Shown here: in pieces, positions 1-8,184 of the stretch
Position numbering within the stretch: position 1 is the stretch's first letter
How the letters are laid out: each line of letters begins with the position of its first letter
Assembly (NCBI GenBank): GCA_018062585.1
Contig: JAGORY010000001.1
Coordinates: 1-63,164 of the forward strand
DNA: 63,164 nucleotides
Source of the DNA: Candidatus Peribacteraceae bacterium
GTDB lineage: Bacteria > Patescibacteriota > Gracilibacteria > Peribacterales > Peribacteraceae
Direction of reading: 5' to 3'
Program-made: the position numbers and the translations under genes
The notes under the pieces: model-generated
Seen by the model: only the letters and a program-made list of their open reading frames with translations
The model's database searches: none
Told to the model about the DNA's origin: nothing

Positions 1-60
1 CACGAAAGCGCTTCCGATAAAGCCCATGATCATGCCGGTTGTGATGAGTCTGCGAAGCAT
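1..60 (-). CDS. 5' end of an unidentified gene (MLRRLITTGMIMGFIGSAFV...), runs off the window
   Basis: ATG at 60-58 (minus strand) opens a frame that continues to the window edge. The N-terminus is hydrophobic. Only 20 codons are visible. Confidence 0.25.
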   Translation of the reverse strand, partial: MLRRLITTGMIMGFIGSAFV

Positions 61-197
61 TATTACGAGATTATTGGTCACAGAAATTATCTAAGTATTA
101 TACCACAAAAATGCTGGTATATAAAGATGTTCTCGGCAGCCGTTACTGCTTACTACTCAAACTATCAGTCGTGCCTTTCGTCTGTCGCACCTCGTAC

Positions 198-350
198 CGC
201 CCCCACCCCGGCGCTGAGGCGCCACCCCTCCCCCGGGCTCCTAAAAAGGAGCAGCCGGGTGAGGGGGAGACTTTTGTTTATAGTGTTTGCAGAGCTTCCC
301 TCACCCGGCTGTTCCGCAGAACCCGGGGGAGGGACCGAGGGTGGGGGCCG
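198..350 (+). repeat. ~150-nt long-hairpin repeat, copy A (G/C-tract nested palindrome)
   Basis: Three perfect nested helices: 199-208/339-348 (10 bp), 226-237/322-333 (12 bp) and 254-265/298-309 (12 bp). It aligns with the reverse complement of 22606-22758. Confidence 0.8.
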
Positions 351-367
351 TAAAATCGAAGCCTTCA

Positions 368-1387
368 TCAATTCCCCAAATACTTCGCTCGGTTCCGGTT
401 ATGCTCGTCGTTGGTGACGGCGTAGCGAATGGCCCCAGTGTTGTCGTGAAGGTAGTACCAGTACTGGGACTCCGTGGGCTTCAGCGCTGCGATGACCGAA
501 TTCTCACTGGGATTCGCGATCGGAGATGGCGGAAGACCCTGTGTACGACGCGTGTTGTACGCCGACTGGATCTCTACATCGGCCTTGGTAAGGACCTCGC
601 GCATCTTATTGAGACGATAGCGGGTCGTGGCGTCGACGCCGAGAACTACGGCGTTCTCGAGCCGCTTCCACAGAATGCCGGCGACCTGTGCACGCTCTTC
701 ATCATGACGAGACTCCTCCTCCACGAGTGATGCCATGGTCACGACTTCATGCAGCGTGTAGCCGCTTTTGCTGATGTCTTCTGCGTACTCCGTGACGATG
801 CGCTTGCGGAATGTTCCGAGCATGCGCTCGAGAGCGAACTTCGGAACGTAGTCGGTCGGAGAGACGGAGTACGTTTCGGGGAAGAGATAGCCTTCCAGCT
901 TTGATCCGATCTTGAACTCTTCACCACCCTGCGCACCTGTAGGAGGAAGAAAATCGAAGGAACTGAAATCGCATGTGAAAGCGCACGCGATGATGTCACC
1001 GGGTTCACCTAAGCCCTTCGCCGCAAAGAGCGCATCGATGTCGGCAACCGTATACCCTTCCGGAACCGTGATCAGGAATTCTTGGGTTTTGCCGGAGTGC
1101 AGAATCGCGATGATCTCAGAGGACGAAGCCGATGGACTCACAGCGAAAGATCCAGCCTGAAGTTTGCCTGCGACTCCCGTGAGACGGGCGTACCACTTGA
1201 ATACCAACGGCGAGCGGATAAGCCCCCGCTCTTTCAGATTGGCGGCAATGATGCCGATGGACTGACCTGACTGGACGGTAAACGATGCCTCTTTCGTATC
1301 AGTGGAATCAACCGGCGAAAGCGCATGCCGAAACCACAGTCCGCACATAATCACGCCGATGACGAGAATCAGAAGAAAGCGGCGCAT
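368..1387 (-). CDS. mltG: endolytic murein transglycosylase MltG (YceG family)
   Basis: 339 aa with an N-terminal TM segment. YceG-like signature runs: GSFAVSP, LEGYLFPETY, ASLVEEE, NTRRTQGLPPSPIANP. ATG start at 1387. Confidence 0.85.
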   Translation of the reverse strand: MRRFLLILVIGVIMCGLWFRHALSPVDSTDTKEASFTVQSGQSIGIIAANLKERGLIRSPLVFKWYARLTGVAGKLQAGSFAVSPSASSSEIIAILHSGKTQEFLITVPEGYTVADIDALFAAKGLGEPGDIIACAFTCDFSSFDFLPPTGAQGGEEFKIGSKLEGYLFPETYSVSPTDYVPKFALERMLGTFRKRIVTEYAEDISKSGYTLHEVVTMASLVEEESRHDEERAQVAGILWKRLENAVVLGVDATTRYRLNKMREVLTKADVEIQSAYNTRRTQGLPPSPIANPSENSVIAALKPTESQYWYYLHDNTGAIRYAVTNDEHNRNRAKYLGN

Positions 1388-1396
1388 AGGATTGGA

Positions 1397-1687
1397 TTAG
1401 CCTTTCACTCCGAGCCCCAGTTCACCCATCACTCCCTGCATGCGTTCAGCGGAGACGATCTGGGCTTTCTTCATGGCTCGGTTCAGTGCGTCCTTCAAAA
1501 GCTCTCCGATCCGCTCGCGCTGGACCTCGGGAGCGACGGTGACGGAAATGATCTCCATCGCGGCGGACACAACGACGTGGACGCCCGAAGCCTCAGCCTC
1601 GACGTGGATGTTCTTGAGCTCTTTCTGGACCTTGCTGGCCTGCCGCTGGAACTTGAACGAGTTTCGGAGTTCGGAGAAGGAAGTCAT
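1397..1687 (-). CDS. ybaB: YbaB/EbfC family nucleoid-associated protein
   Basis: 96 aa. The layout is typical of the family (QKELKNIHVEAEASGVHVVVSAAMEIISVTVAPEV...LLKDALNRAMKKAQ) and it ends in GLG. Confidence 0.85.
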   Translation of the reverse strand: MTSFSELRNSFKFQRQASKVQKELKNIHVEAEASGVHVVVSAAMEIISVTVAPEVQRERIGELLKDALNRAMKKAQIVSAERMQGVMGELGLGVKG

Positions 1688-1694
1688 GAAAGGA

Positions 1695-1729
1695 GTGTAA
1701 AATGAAAAGTGAAAAATGAAAAGTTAAAG
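1695..1729 (+). repeat. heptamer tandem array (GTGTAAA ATGAAAA GTGAAAA ATGAAAA GTTAAAG), A-rich variant
   Basis: Five consecutive 7-nt units of RTGAAAA type between the ybaB start and the mutY-like stop. A similar array is at 20604-20638. Confidence 0.6.
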
Positions 1730-1750
1730 AACACTTCTCGATACGCCCTA

Positions 1751-2704
1751 TCACCCAAGTCTCCACTTCCCCCGCTTCTCCTCTATCAAGCCATCTCTCT
1801 TCAGACCCTCGATCAACGCTTGCAGCCACTTTTTGTGATCGTCCATAGTCCAATCGGCCACGGCCTGCGCTCCGATCTCTGAAAGTGTTATCGGCTTCTT
1901 GGCATCCCGCAGCACCTCGACGATTTTGCCGCGGAAGATTCTGTTCGGGACGAAACGGCCGGCCATCATGCGTCCCGGTTCTTTTTTCTTCACAGCTTTT
2001 CTTGAGATTTTTTTGCCGTACGATTTGCACACCGATTGCATGGGCTTCGTCATGAGCTCCCACTTCGGAGTATTCTTGGTGCAGATGATCGAACCAAAAT
2101 CCATGAGTGCCGCATAAAGTTCAGCAGATGACCCCCTCTTCATCGACAAAGCCTGTATCATCACTTTTTCCGAAAGCGGCAGAAGTTCCTTATCAGATTT
2201 TTTCCACGTCCCATCCGGATTCTCTGGCCCTGCGAAGAACCGGTGAAGAATGCGCCGGATGTTCACGTCTAAGCATGCAGTCGGAATACCGAACGCGAAG
2301 TTACGGATCGCACCGGCGGTGTAGTGCCCGACTCCCGGAAGTTCCTGCAGTGAGCCCATATCAGTTGGAAACTTCCCTCCCCTGTCCACTATTGCTCGCG
2401 CCGCATCCCTGAGCCTGAGCGCCCGGTTGTTGTACCCAAGCCCTCGCCATGCGATCAATATTTCACTGTTTGAAGCCTTTGAAAGGTCTTGCAGATGAGG
2501 AAATTGTTGAATAAAATTTTTGTACAAAATAATGACTCTAGAGACCTGCGTCTGCTGCAGCATGACTTCGGAAACCAGAATCAGATATGCCTTGTGATCG
2601 GGATCTTTTTCCTTGATGCCACGCCACGGAAGCGTCCGCTTGTTCTGCTCGAACCAATGCCAGAGTTCGGTACAGAAAATGCCGATACGCTCGGAGTGGG
2701 TCAT
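1751..2704 (-). CDS. MutY-like HhH-GPD DNA glycosylase with a non-canonical C-terminus
   Basis: Motifs: LPWR...SEVMLQQTQV, WRGLGYNNRA, HhH LPGVGHYTAGAI, LDVNIRRIL. The ORF-track start at 2719 is TTG; the first ATG is at 2704. Only 2 Cys occupy the position of the usual Cys4 cluster loop, and there is no NUDIX-like tail. Confidence 0.75.
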   Translation of the reverse strand: MTHSERIGIFCTELWHWFEQNKRTLPWRGIKEKDPDHKAYLILVSEVMLQQTQVSRVIILYKNFIQQFPHLQDLSKASNSEILIAWRGLGYNNRALRLRDAARAIVDRGGKFPTDMGSLQELPGVGHYTAGAIRNFAFGIPTACLDVNIRRILHRFFAGPENPDGTWKKSDKELLPLSEKVMIQALSMKRGSSAELYAALMDFGSIICTKNTPKWELMTKPMQSVCKSYGKKISRKAVKKKEPGRMMAGRFVPNRIFRGKIVEVLRDAKKPITLSEIGAQAVADWTMDDHKKWLQALIEGLKRDGLIEEKRGKWRLG

Positions 2705-2719
2705 ACTGGGATCATACAA

Positions 2720-2789
2720 GCGGGTAGAAGGTAGCGGATAGTGAATAGCAAAAAATCTAGCCGCAACTCGCTACCCGCTACCCGCTAGC
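2720..2789. repeat. heptamer-periodic palindromic element (GTAG element), copy 1
   Basis: Left arm is gcgggtagaaggtagcggatag (2720-2741). Right arm is gctacccgctacccgctagc (2770-2789). The CTA at 2785-2787 serves as the TAG stop of the upstream minus-strand ATPase gene. Confidence 0.8.
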
Positions 2790-5397
2790 TAGCCTTCGTA
2801 ATCCCGATCCTGTCCTCGATCTCTTGGTCGACGAATGCTTTCTTGCGGCCGTACTTCATGCGGCTGTATTCCTTGATGAGTGAACCAAGCTTCTCGTTTC
2901 GTTCGGACTCGTCGTAGATCGTCGCGAGCGAGAACGGACGCGAGGTCGTGTTGTTGATGTTCAGTTTCACGTAGCAGTTGAAGTTCGGGATACCGATGAC
3001 GTCTTGCTCGGAGAGCACGGGCGCGAATTCCTTGGCCATGTACTCAGCATCCTCGGCGCCGATCTTGAAGCTCATGATGGTACCCACGTTACCGAACACG
3101 GCGTCGCGCATCTTGGTGCTGGCCTGTCCGTAGCCTTCGGTCTTACCCACGAGCTGGCCGATGTACTGGTGAGCCATGATGAGGCCGAGTTCGTACTTAC
3201 GGGCCTCGGAGAGGATTGTCGCAAACGCATCGGTGATGAAGTTCTGGAATTCGTCCACGTAAAGGTAGAAACGCTTGCGGTCGCGCTGTGGGACGTCGGC
3301 GCGGCTCATAGCCGCCATGTTCACTTTGTTCACGAAGATTAATCCAAGCAGCTGAGCATTAACGTCACCTATTTTTCCTTTACTCAGGTTGACCAAAAGC
3401 ACTTTGCCGGAGTCCATGACTTCGCGGACATTGAAGGCCGACTTGGGCTGTCCGATGATATTGCGCATCGTCGTGTTCGTGACGAACGGACCGAACTTCG
3501 CCGAGAAGTAGGGAATCATTTCTTCTTTTTCGCGCTGTCCGGTCTTGGCCATTTCGTTCTCCCAGAAACTGCGGACGACGGCATTCCTGCACTTCGCCAC
3601 TTTGTACCGCTGGAATTCTTCGTCGACGAAAAGACGCGGCACGTCGAGGAGGGTCGCGCCTTCTTCCTCGTCATCCATGAGAGTCAGACAGCCGTTACGG
3701 AAGTAGTGCTGGATGCGCGGACCGAAGATCTCGTTTCCGAACATCTTGATGAAAATTTCCATCGCATCGAGCGAGGCCCGATCTTTCTCCTCGGGCGTTG
3801 TAGCTTCCAGAAGGTTTAAGCCCATCGGGCGTTCACCGTCCGAAGGATCAAAAACGATGACGTCCTTGGCACGTTCTTTCGGCGTGTGAGCAAGCGCATC
3901 TTCGATCAAGTCTCCGTGCGGATCGATGACACAGAGACCCTCGCCATTCGCGATGTCCTGCCGAGATTGCCAGTTGAGGAGCGCGGATTTACCCGAACCG
4001 GATTTACCGATGATGTACTGGTGACGGGTGCGGTCCTTGTCGAGGAAACGGATGCTAGTCTCGACAGCACGGTGACGGTTGATGCCGAGGATGATGCCTT
4101 CTTGCGGCGCGTTCGGCGGAGGCGGAAGAATCTTGTAGAGGATCCACTGAAGATTCGGAATCGTGTTGTAGCGGCTGTCGGGGAAATGGAAAATCGAGGC
4201 CAACTCTTTCTCGACGAGCAAGTTCCGCTTATGAGCGAAGCCGTTCACGCGGCGCTTCCAGAGCGGATAGATCAGGTACTGGTTCCACGCCATCGGCAGG
4301 AAGTCGATGATCATCCGGCGGTTCTTCAGGAAGTTGCCGTACTGATCTTTGAACACGTTGAACGACACCTGGAGATTATTGGTGATGTCATTGGCGCGCT
4401 CCCACGTCTTGGCCGCAGCCATGATACGGATCGTCGTGTGAAATCCACTCATGCCGGCTTTCTCACCCATGCGTTTATAGAGCTCTTCCTCGGGCGCGAT
4501 CATGCGGACGAATGAGTCGCCAGATTTTGCGCCGGGAGCGAGGGTTGCCGAATCCGATGAGCCGACCATACCGAGCAGGGTGCCGACGAGCTTGAGGCCG
4601 GGAATCTTATCGAATACTGTTTCTTTCTTTCCCTTGAAACTCTGCGAAGCGATGGCTTTCGTCTTTTTGGACCAATAATTCCCAAACACTGGCGTAACAA
4701 TGACCTGCACCGAGGCCTTCTCTTCGGGATGCAGTTTCGAGAGCGCGTTCGTGAGATCGTTCAAGGGATCATCCTGCATGTGATCGAAGAATCGCAGCGG
4801 GTACATGTACGGCTTCTTCGTAATCATGTTGTAGATCGAGAGTTTGTAGCCCTCGGGCCAGATCTCGGGTGTCGGGGTGAGCGAAACGTCCGCATTCGGG
4901 TAGTACGACGTGATCTGCTTCTCGATAATGGACGTAAGTTTGCCGGGGCAGAGAACGTAGAACGTGATGAGGCCGTCTTCTACAAAGAGCTCAAAACTGA
5001 TGGTGATGTAACGGAAAATCCAGAAGTGGATAACCTGCCAGAACGTGAGATCCTTCACTTCATTGACCGCGCGGAAGAGCTGTTCCATGATCGCGATTTT
5101 TTCCTTGAAGTCTTTCTCTGTGCGCTTCTCCTGATCCATCTTGCTGTCGCTCCTCGGTAGAATGACTTTCATCGAGACGAGCTTCTTACCCGCGCGATAC
5201 GCGTACCAATAACGCATTGTGAATACGGCGTAGTAGATGATCGTCAGCACAAGCAGAATCACGAACGAGTTCTCGACAGGTGCCCCGATGAACCAACGAC
5301 CGCAGATGCCCCAAATGTTCAGATTGAACAGGAAACCCGCAATGGAAATCACTGCGAGCAGAATTGGCCAGAAGAGGAGGCGGAGGAGTGTGAACAT
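2785..5397 (-). CDS. membrane-anchored TraD/TrwB(VirD4)-like, HerA/FtsK-superfamily P-loop ATPase (paralog 1)
   Basis: 870 aa with N-terminal TM helices. Walker A is GKSGSGKS followed by IDPHGDL; Walker B-like is FYLYVDEFQ; ARKYELGLIMAHQ follows. The C-terminal ~450 aa are collinear with 25226..27724. Confidence 0.8.
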   Translation of the reverse strand: MFTLLRLLFWPILLAVISIAGFLFNLNIWGICGRWFIGAPVENSFVILLVLTIIYYAVFTMRYWYAYRAGKKLVSMKVILPRSDSKMDQEKRTEKDFKEKIAIMEQLFRAVNEVKDLTFWQVIHFWIFRYITISFELFVEDGLITFYVLCPGKLTSIIEKQITSYYPNADVSLTPTPEIWPEGYKLSIYNMITKKPYMYPLRFFDHMQDDPLNDLTNALSKLHPEEKASVQVIVTPVFGNYWSKKTKAIASQSFKGKKETVFDKIPGLKLVGTLLGMVGSSDSATLAPGAKSGDSFVRMIAPEEELYKRMGEKAGMSGFHTTIRIMAAAKTWERANDITNNLQVSFNVFKDQYGNFLKNRRMIIDFLPMAWNQYLIYPLWKRRVNGFAHKRNLLVEKELASIFHFPDSRYNTIPNLQWILYKILPPPPNAPQEGIILGINRHRAVETSIRFLDKDRTRHQYIIGKSGSGKSALLNWQSRQDIANGEGLCVIDPHGDLIEDALAHTPKERAKDVIVFDPSDGERPMGLNLLEATTPEEKDRASLDAMEIFIKMFGNEIFGPRIQHYFRNGCLTLMDDEEEGATLLDVPRLFVDEEFQRYKVAKCRNAVVRSFWENEMAKTGQREKEEMIPYFSAKFGPFVTNTTMRNIIGQPKSAFNVREVMDSGKVLLVNLSKGKIGDVNAQLLGLIFVNKVNMAAMSRADVPQRDRKRFYLYVDEFQNFITDAFATILSEARKYELGLIMAHQYIGQLVGKTEGYGQASTKMRDAVFGNVGTIMSFKIGAEDAEYMAKEFAPVLSEQDVIGIPNFNCYVKLNINNTTSRPFSLATIYDESERNEKLGSLIKEYSRMKYGRKKAFVDQEIEDRIGITKAS

Positions 5398-5487
5398 TTT
5401 TCTTCTGTCGTACTGTACAGACAGAATCTTTGTATTATATCAGAAAAACGGCTTGAAATACAGCCTTTTAGGGGCTTCATCACCTCA

Positions 5488-5522
5488 TCCGCAGCAGGGA
5501 CGCGGCGTCCCAGTCTACGGGA
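5488..5522 (-). repeat. REP-like hairpin repeat, copy 3 (inverted orientation)
   Basis: The reverse complement reads ccgtagactgggacgccgcgtccctgctgcgg, nearly identical to 14351-14387 and 15201-15237. Confidence 0.8.
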
Positions 5523-5528
5523 ATAGGG

Positions 5529-6602
5529 CTATGCTCCCGAGCAGTCCAGAACCTCCATGCGCATCTCCCGGACCCGCCCTGTTTTGGTACCCATCATGAA
5601 CCGGTAGAGACCCGTGACACTGGGCTCCAGCTCGAAGGTTTCACCCTCCGTGATCCACGTTTCTACCCCCGTGTGCGTGCCGTCCGGATACACGATATTT
5701 CGCACGACGAAGGCGCTCTGTGAACTGAGCCGCAGCTTTCCTCCGAGCGGAAAACTATGCGGAATGCCAGGATTCAGAATGACGTCTTTCACGATTCGTC
5801 GCTGGAAGCGGTCGTCATTGCAGCGTTGGACTTTATTGGAATCCCCGAGTCGCTCGAAAGTCGCGTTGATCTTGCCCTCACTTCGTTCAGCAATGGTGAT
5901 GAAGGAACCGAGACTCAAGTCCATGTCCCGTCCCTGCACGTACGGCCCGCGGTCGTTGATCCGCACGGTGACGCTCTTGCCGTTCTCGACGTTCGTCACT
6001 TTCACGAGCGTATTTCCGGGGAACGTGCGGTGTGCCGCAGTCATCGCCCACATGTCAAAGCCCTCGCCAAAGGCCGTACCTTTTCCGTGAAACTTTTCAG
6101 AATATAGACTCACTTCGTGCACTTCGGCCTGAAGCTTGTCATCCACCTGACGCATGAGAGCGAGAAGCTGTTCGTGCGTCATCGATGCTCCTTCGGCGTC
6201 ATAGGAAATATCGTAGTGCGCGGCGAGTGCAGGCACCTGTTCGGGCTCAGGTAGTTTCGAGAGGACGCGGTCGCCATGTTCATCGATCGGTTCGACGCTC
6301 CTAGTGCGGAAAATCCACCGGAGCGCGTCGGACGGCGTCATCGGAGAATCCGGATAAAAGTTTTCCTGACTATCATCAAGGAGTCCTCTCGCTTTGGCGT
6401 ACGTAATCTCGGGGTATCCGGCATCCGACTTCGGCACGTCAGCATACGGCGGCTCATTCGTTTTCTCGGCGGGGCGGCTGGTGCTGCGCCAGATCAAGAC
6501 AAATCCGTCTCGACGCGTCACGGCATCAGCCGCCAAAACAGGAGCCGGAAAGATGCTCACGAGAAAGGCTGCGGCGATGAGTGCGGGGGTCAGACGTTTC
6601 AC
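5529..6602 (-). CDS. RlpA-like double-psi beta-barrel (DPBB) protein with signal peptide and SLH-like N-terminal modules
   Basis: DPBB motif: FHGKGTAFGEGFDMWAMTAAHRTFPGNTLVKVTNVENGKSVTVRINDRGPYVQGRDMDLS. Signal peptide is MKRLTPALIAAAFLVSIFPAPVLA, with a GTG start. Confidence 0.75.
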   Translation of the reverse strand: MKRLTPALIAAAFLVSIFPAPVLAADAVTRRDGFVLIWRSTSRPAEKTNEPPYADVPKSDAGYPEITYAKARGLLDDSQENFYPDSPMTPSDALRWIFRTRSVEPIDEHGDRVLSKLPEPEQVPALAAHYDISYDAEGASMTHEQLLALMRQVDDKLQAEVHEVSLYSEKFHGKGTAFGEGFDMWAMTAAHRTFPGNTLVKVTNVENGKSVTVRINDRGPYVQGRDMDLSLGSFITIAERSEGKINATFERLGDSNKVQRCNDDRFQRRIVKDVILNPGIPHSFPLGGKLRLSSQSAFVVRNIVYPDGTHTGVETWITEGETFELEPSVTGLYRFMMGTKTGRVREMRMEVLDCSGA

Positions 6603-6663
6603 GAGATGGAGTATACATTGGCAAATAACCGATTCGACTTGCGAGGCTCGGAAACGTATTGGC

Positions 6664-8031
6664 TTACCGCCCCGCCCGCACTTCCTGCCACTTTAGAGCG
6701 ACCAGATCCTGCGAGATGACGATGCGAGTGGCGGGTCCAAAGACTCCAGCACCCTTGGCACTCGCCGAGGTCACGATGGCTTTATCGAGCTGATACTGCG
6801 TGAGAGCCGCAGTCGTACGTCCGGCAAATGTTCCGGTTGCGCCGGCGTCGTCCAAATATCCGGCATCGATGAGGAATGACTGCAGAAGTTTCACCTCTTT
6901 ACCCTTGTCGCCTTTGGAGAGAAATTTCTTGGGCATCTCTTCGGACTTCACTTTGTCAGCGAGGTCCATTTTGTGCGCGAGTGACTTCGTCTTCGATTCG
7001 ACGATTTTCACTTTCCACTCTTTGAGAATGGCTGCGCGAGTAGCAGGACCGATGCGTCCGGCAAATTGGTCGGTAGCCGCAGGTACGATGCCGCGTGCGA
7101 TCTGGAAAGCAGTGACCGATTCCTTGAGGTGCTGATCAAACACGCCATCCGTGCGTCCGCGGTAGTACCCGAGGTACCTGAGAAGTTTTTGGGCCTGTCG
7201 TACGTCTGCACCCGTGGCACCTTTATCCAAGCCGAGGGTGAGCTCCGGAAGATTTTTCTCGGTGATACCTGAAGCCGCAGTGAGAGCGGCTGCAGTCTCC
7301 AGTGTCACCGATGTTCCGTCACCGGAAATACCGTACTCCGACTGAAAACGCTTGAGCGCATCCTGCGTCACCGGACCGAACTGACCAGTTGGGGTTTCCG
7401 CGAAGTATCCTAGATCTTTGAGGTTCGCCTGCAGGATCCGCACCGAATATTCGCGGTCGCCAAATTCTGCCATCCGAACGAGGTCCGCGGGATCACTCTT
7501 CGGGAGTGATGCCAAAATCTTAGAATCGGCATCGAAGTGTTCGAGCACCAGTTTCTCAGACGGGACGTTTTCCGAGCCAAGCGGATACACCGTGCCTTTC
7601 ACGTTACGGACACCCCATGCGAGAGCCCGAGCTAAGCCCGGTTCTCCGTAGCCCATCCAGATATCAATGCGATGAATATCATTCCCCCATTCGATGATCC
7701 GTCCGCCGCGGTCGTGGATCGTTCCGACGCCGACACCAGGAAGATCAATGACCGTGCCGAAAGCGTACGTATCGGGACCCGCGATCATCCCTGGGTACAC
7801 CGGCGTGCCATCAGCACCCGCGATTCCTTTGCCGTTGAATGCGATCTCCTCCTCGTAGTTTCCACGGAAATAGCAACACTGATTCGGCAGTGGCGAGTAG
7901 TACGCGGTCACAACGAACTGCTGCATGCGCGGTTTTTCGACCGCATACACGGGTGATATCACGGAGCTCATTATGGAAGTCATGACGATAGCCGCCGGAT
8001 AGAGCCGCACTTTGAGGAGTTCGATGTACAT
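6664..8031 (-). CDS. 3D-domain (MltA-like) cell-wall hydrolase with three PG_binding_1 repeats
   Basis: 3D-domain run VVTAYYSP...GTVIDLPGVGVGTIHDRGGRI..IDIW. Three peptidoglycan-binding repeats: VRILQANLKDLGY, VRQAQKLLRYLGYY, VKLLQSFLIDAGY. ATG at 8031 is preferred over the GTG at 8082 because an extended -10 lies at 8063-8071. Confidence 0.75.
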   Translation of the reverse strand: MYIELLKVRLYPAAIVMTSIMSSVISPVYAVEKPRMQQFVVTAYYSPLPNQCCYFRGNYEEEIAFNGKGIAGADGTPVYPGMIAGPDTYAFGTVIDLPGVGVGTIHDRGGRIIEWGNDIHRIDIWMGYGEPGLARALAWGVRNVKGTVYPLGSENVPSEKLVLEHFDADSKILASLPKSDPADLVRMAEFGDREYSVRILQANLKDLGYFAETPTGQFGPVTQDALKRFQSEYGISGDGTSVTLETAAALTAASGITEKNLPELTLGLDKGATGADVRQAQKLLRYLGYYRGRTDGVFDQHLKESVTAFQIARGIVPAATDQFAGRIGPATRAAILKEWKVKIVESKTKSLAHKMDLADKVKSEEMPKKFLSKGDKGKEVKLLQSFLIDAGYLDDAGATGTFAGRTTAALTQYQLDKAIVTSASAKGAGVFGPATRIVISQDLVALKWQEVRAGR

Positions 8032-8062
8032 TTTTGTTTGTGTGTAGAATTGAAATCTGATC

Positions 8063-8071
8063 AGTATACCA
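8063..8071 (-). promoter_or_regulatory. extended -10 (TGGTATACT) for the 8031<-2785 operon
   Basis: The reverse complement of agtatacca is TGGTATACT. It lies ~32 nt upstream of the ATG at 8031. Confidence 0.35.
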
Positions 8072-8147
8072 TAAAAGCTCACCTCGTTTAAGGCTTAGGG
8101 ACAACAAAAGATGATGGTTGTCTTGTATAGGAAAGTGTACAAATAAG

Positions 8148-8176
8148 TTGACTTAAACTTATTTTAGTGTTATAAA
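8148..8176 (+). promoter_or_regulatory. sigma70-like promoter TTGACT-17-TATAAA, apparently leaderless for the 8185 gene
   Basis: -35 at 8148-8153, a 17-nt spacer, -10 at 8171-8176. ATG is 8 nt after the -10 and no SD is present. Confidence 0.5.
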
Positions 8177-8184
8177 TATTATAC

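Noticed and set aside
111-730. Small ORFs 111..353, 127..417, 165..371 and 287..730
   Set aside because: They read through long-hairpin repeat A (G/P/R-rich pseudo-peptides) or run antisense to mltG.
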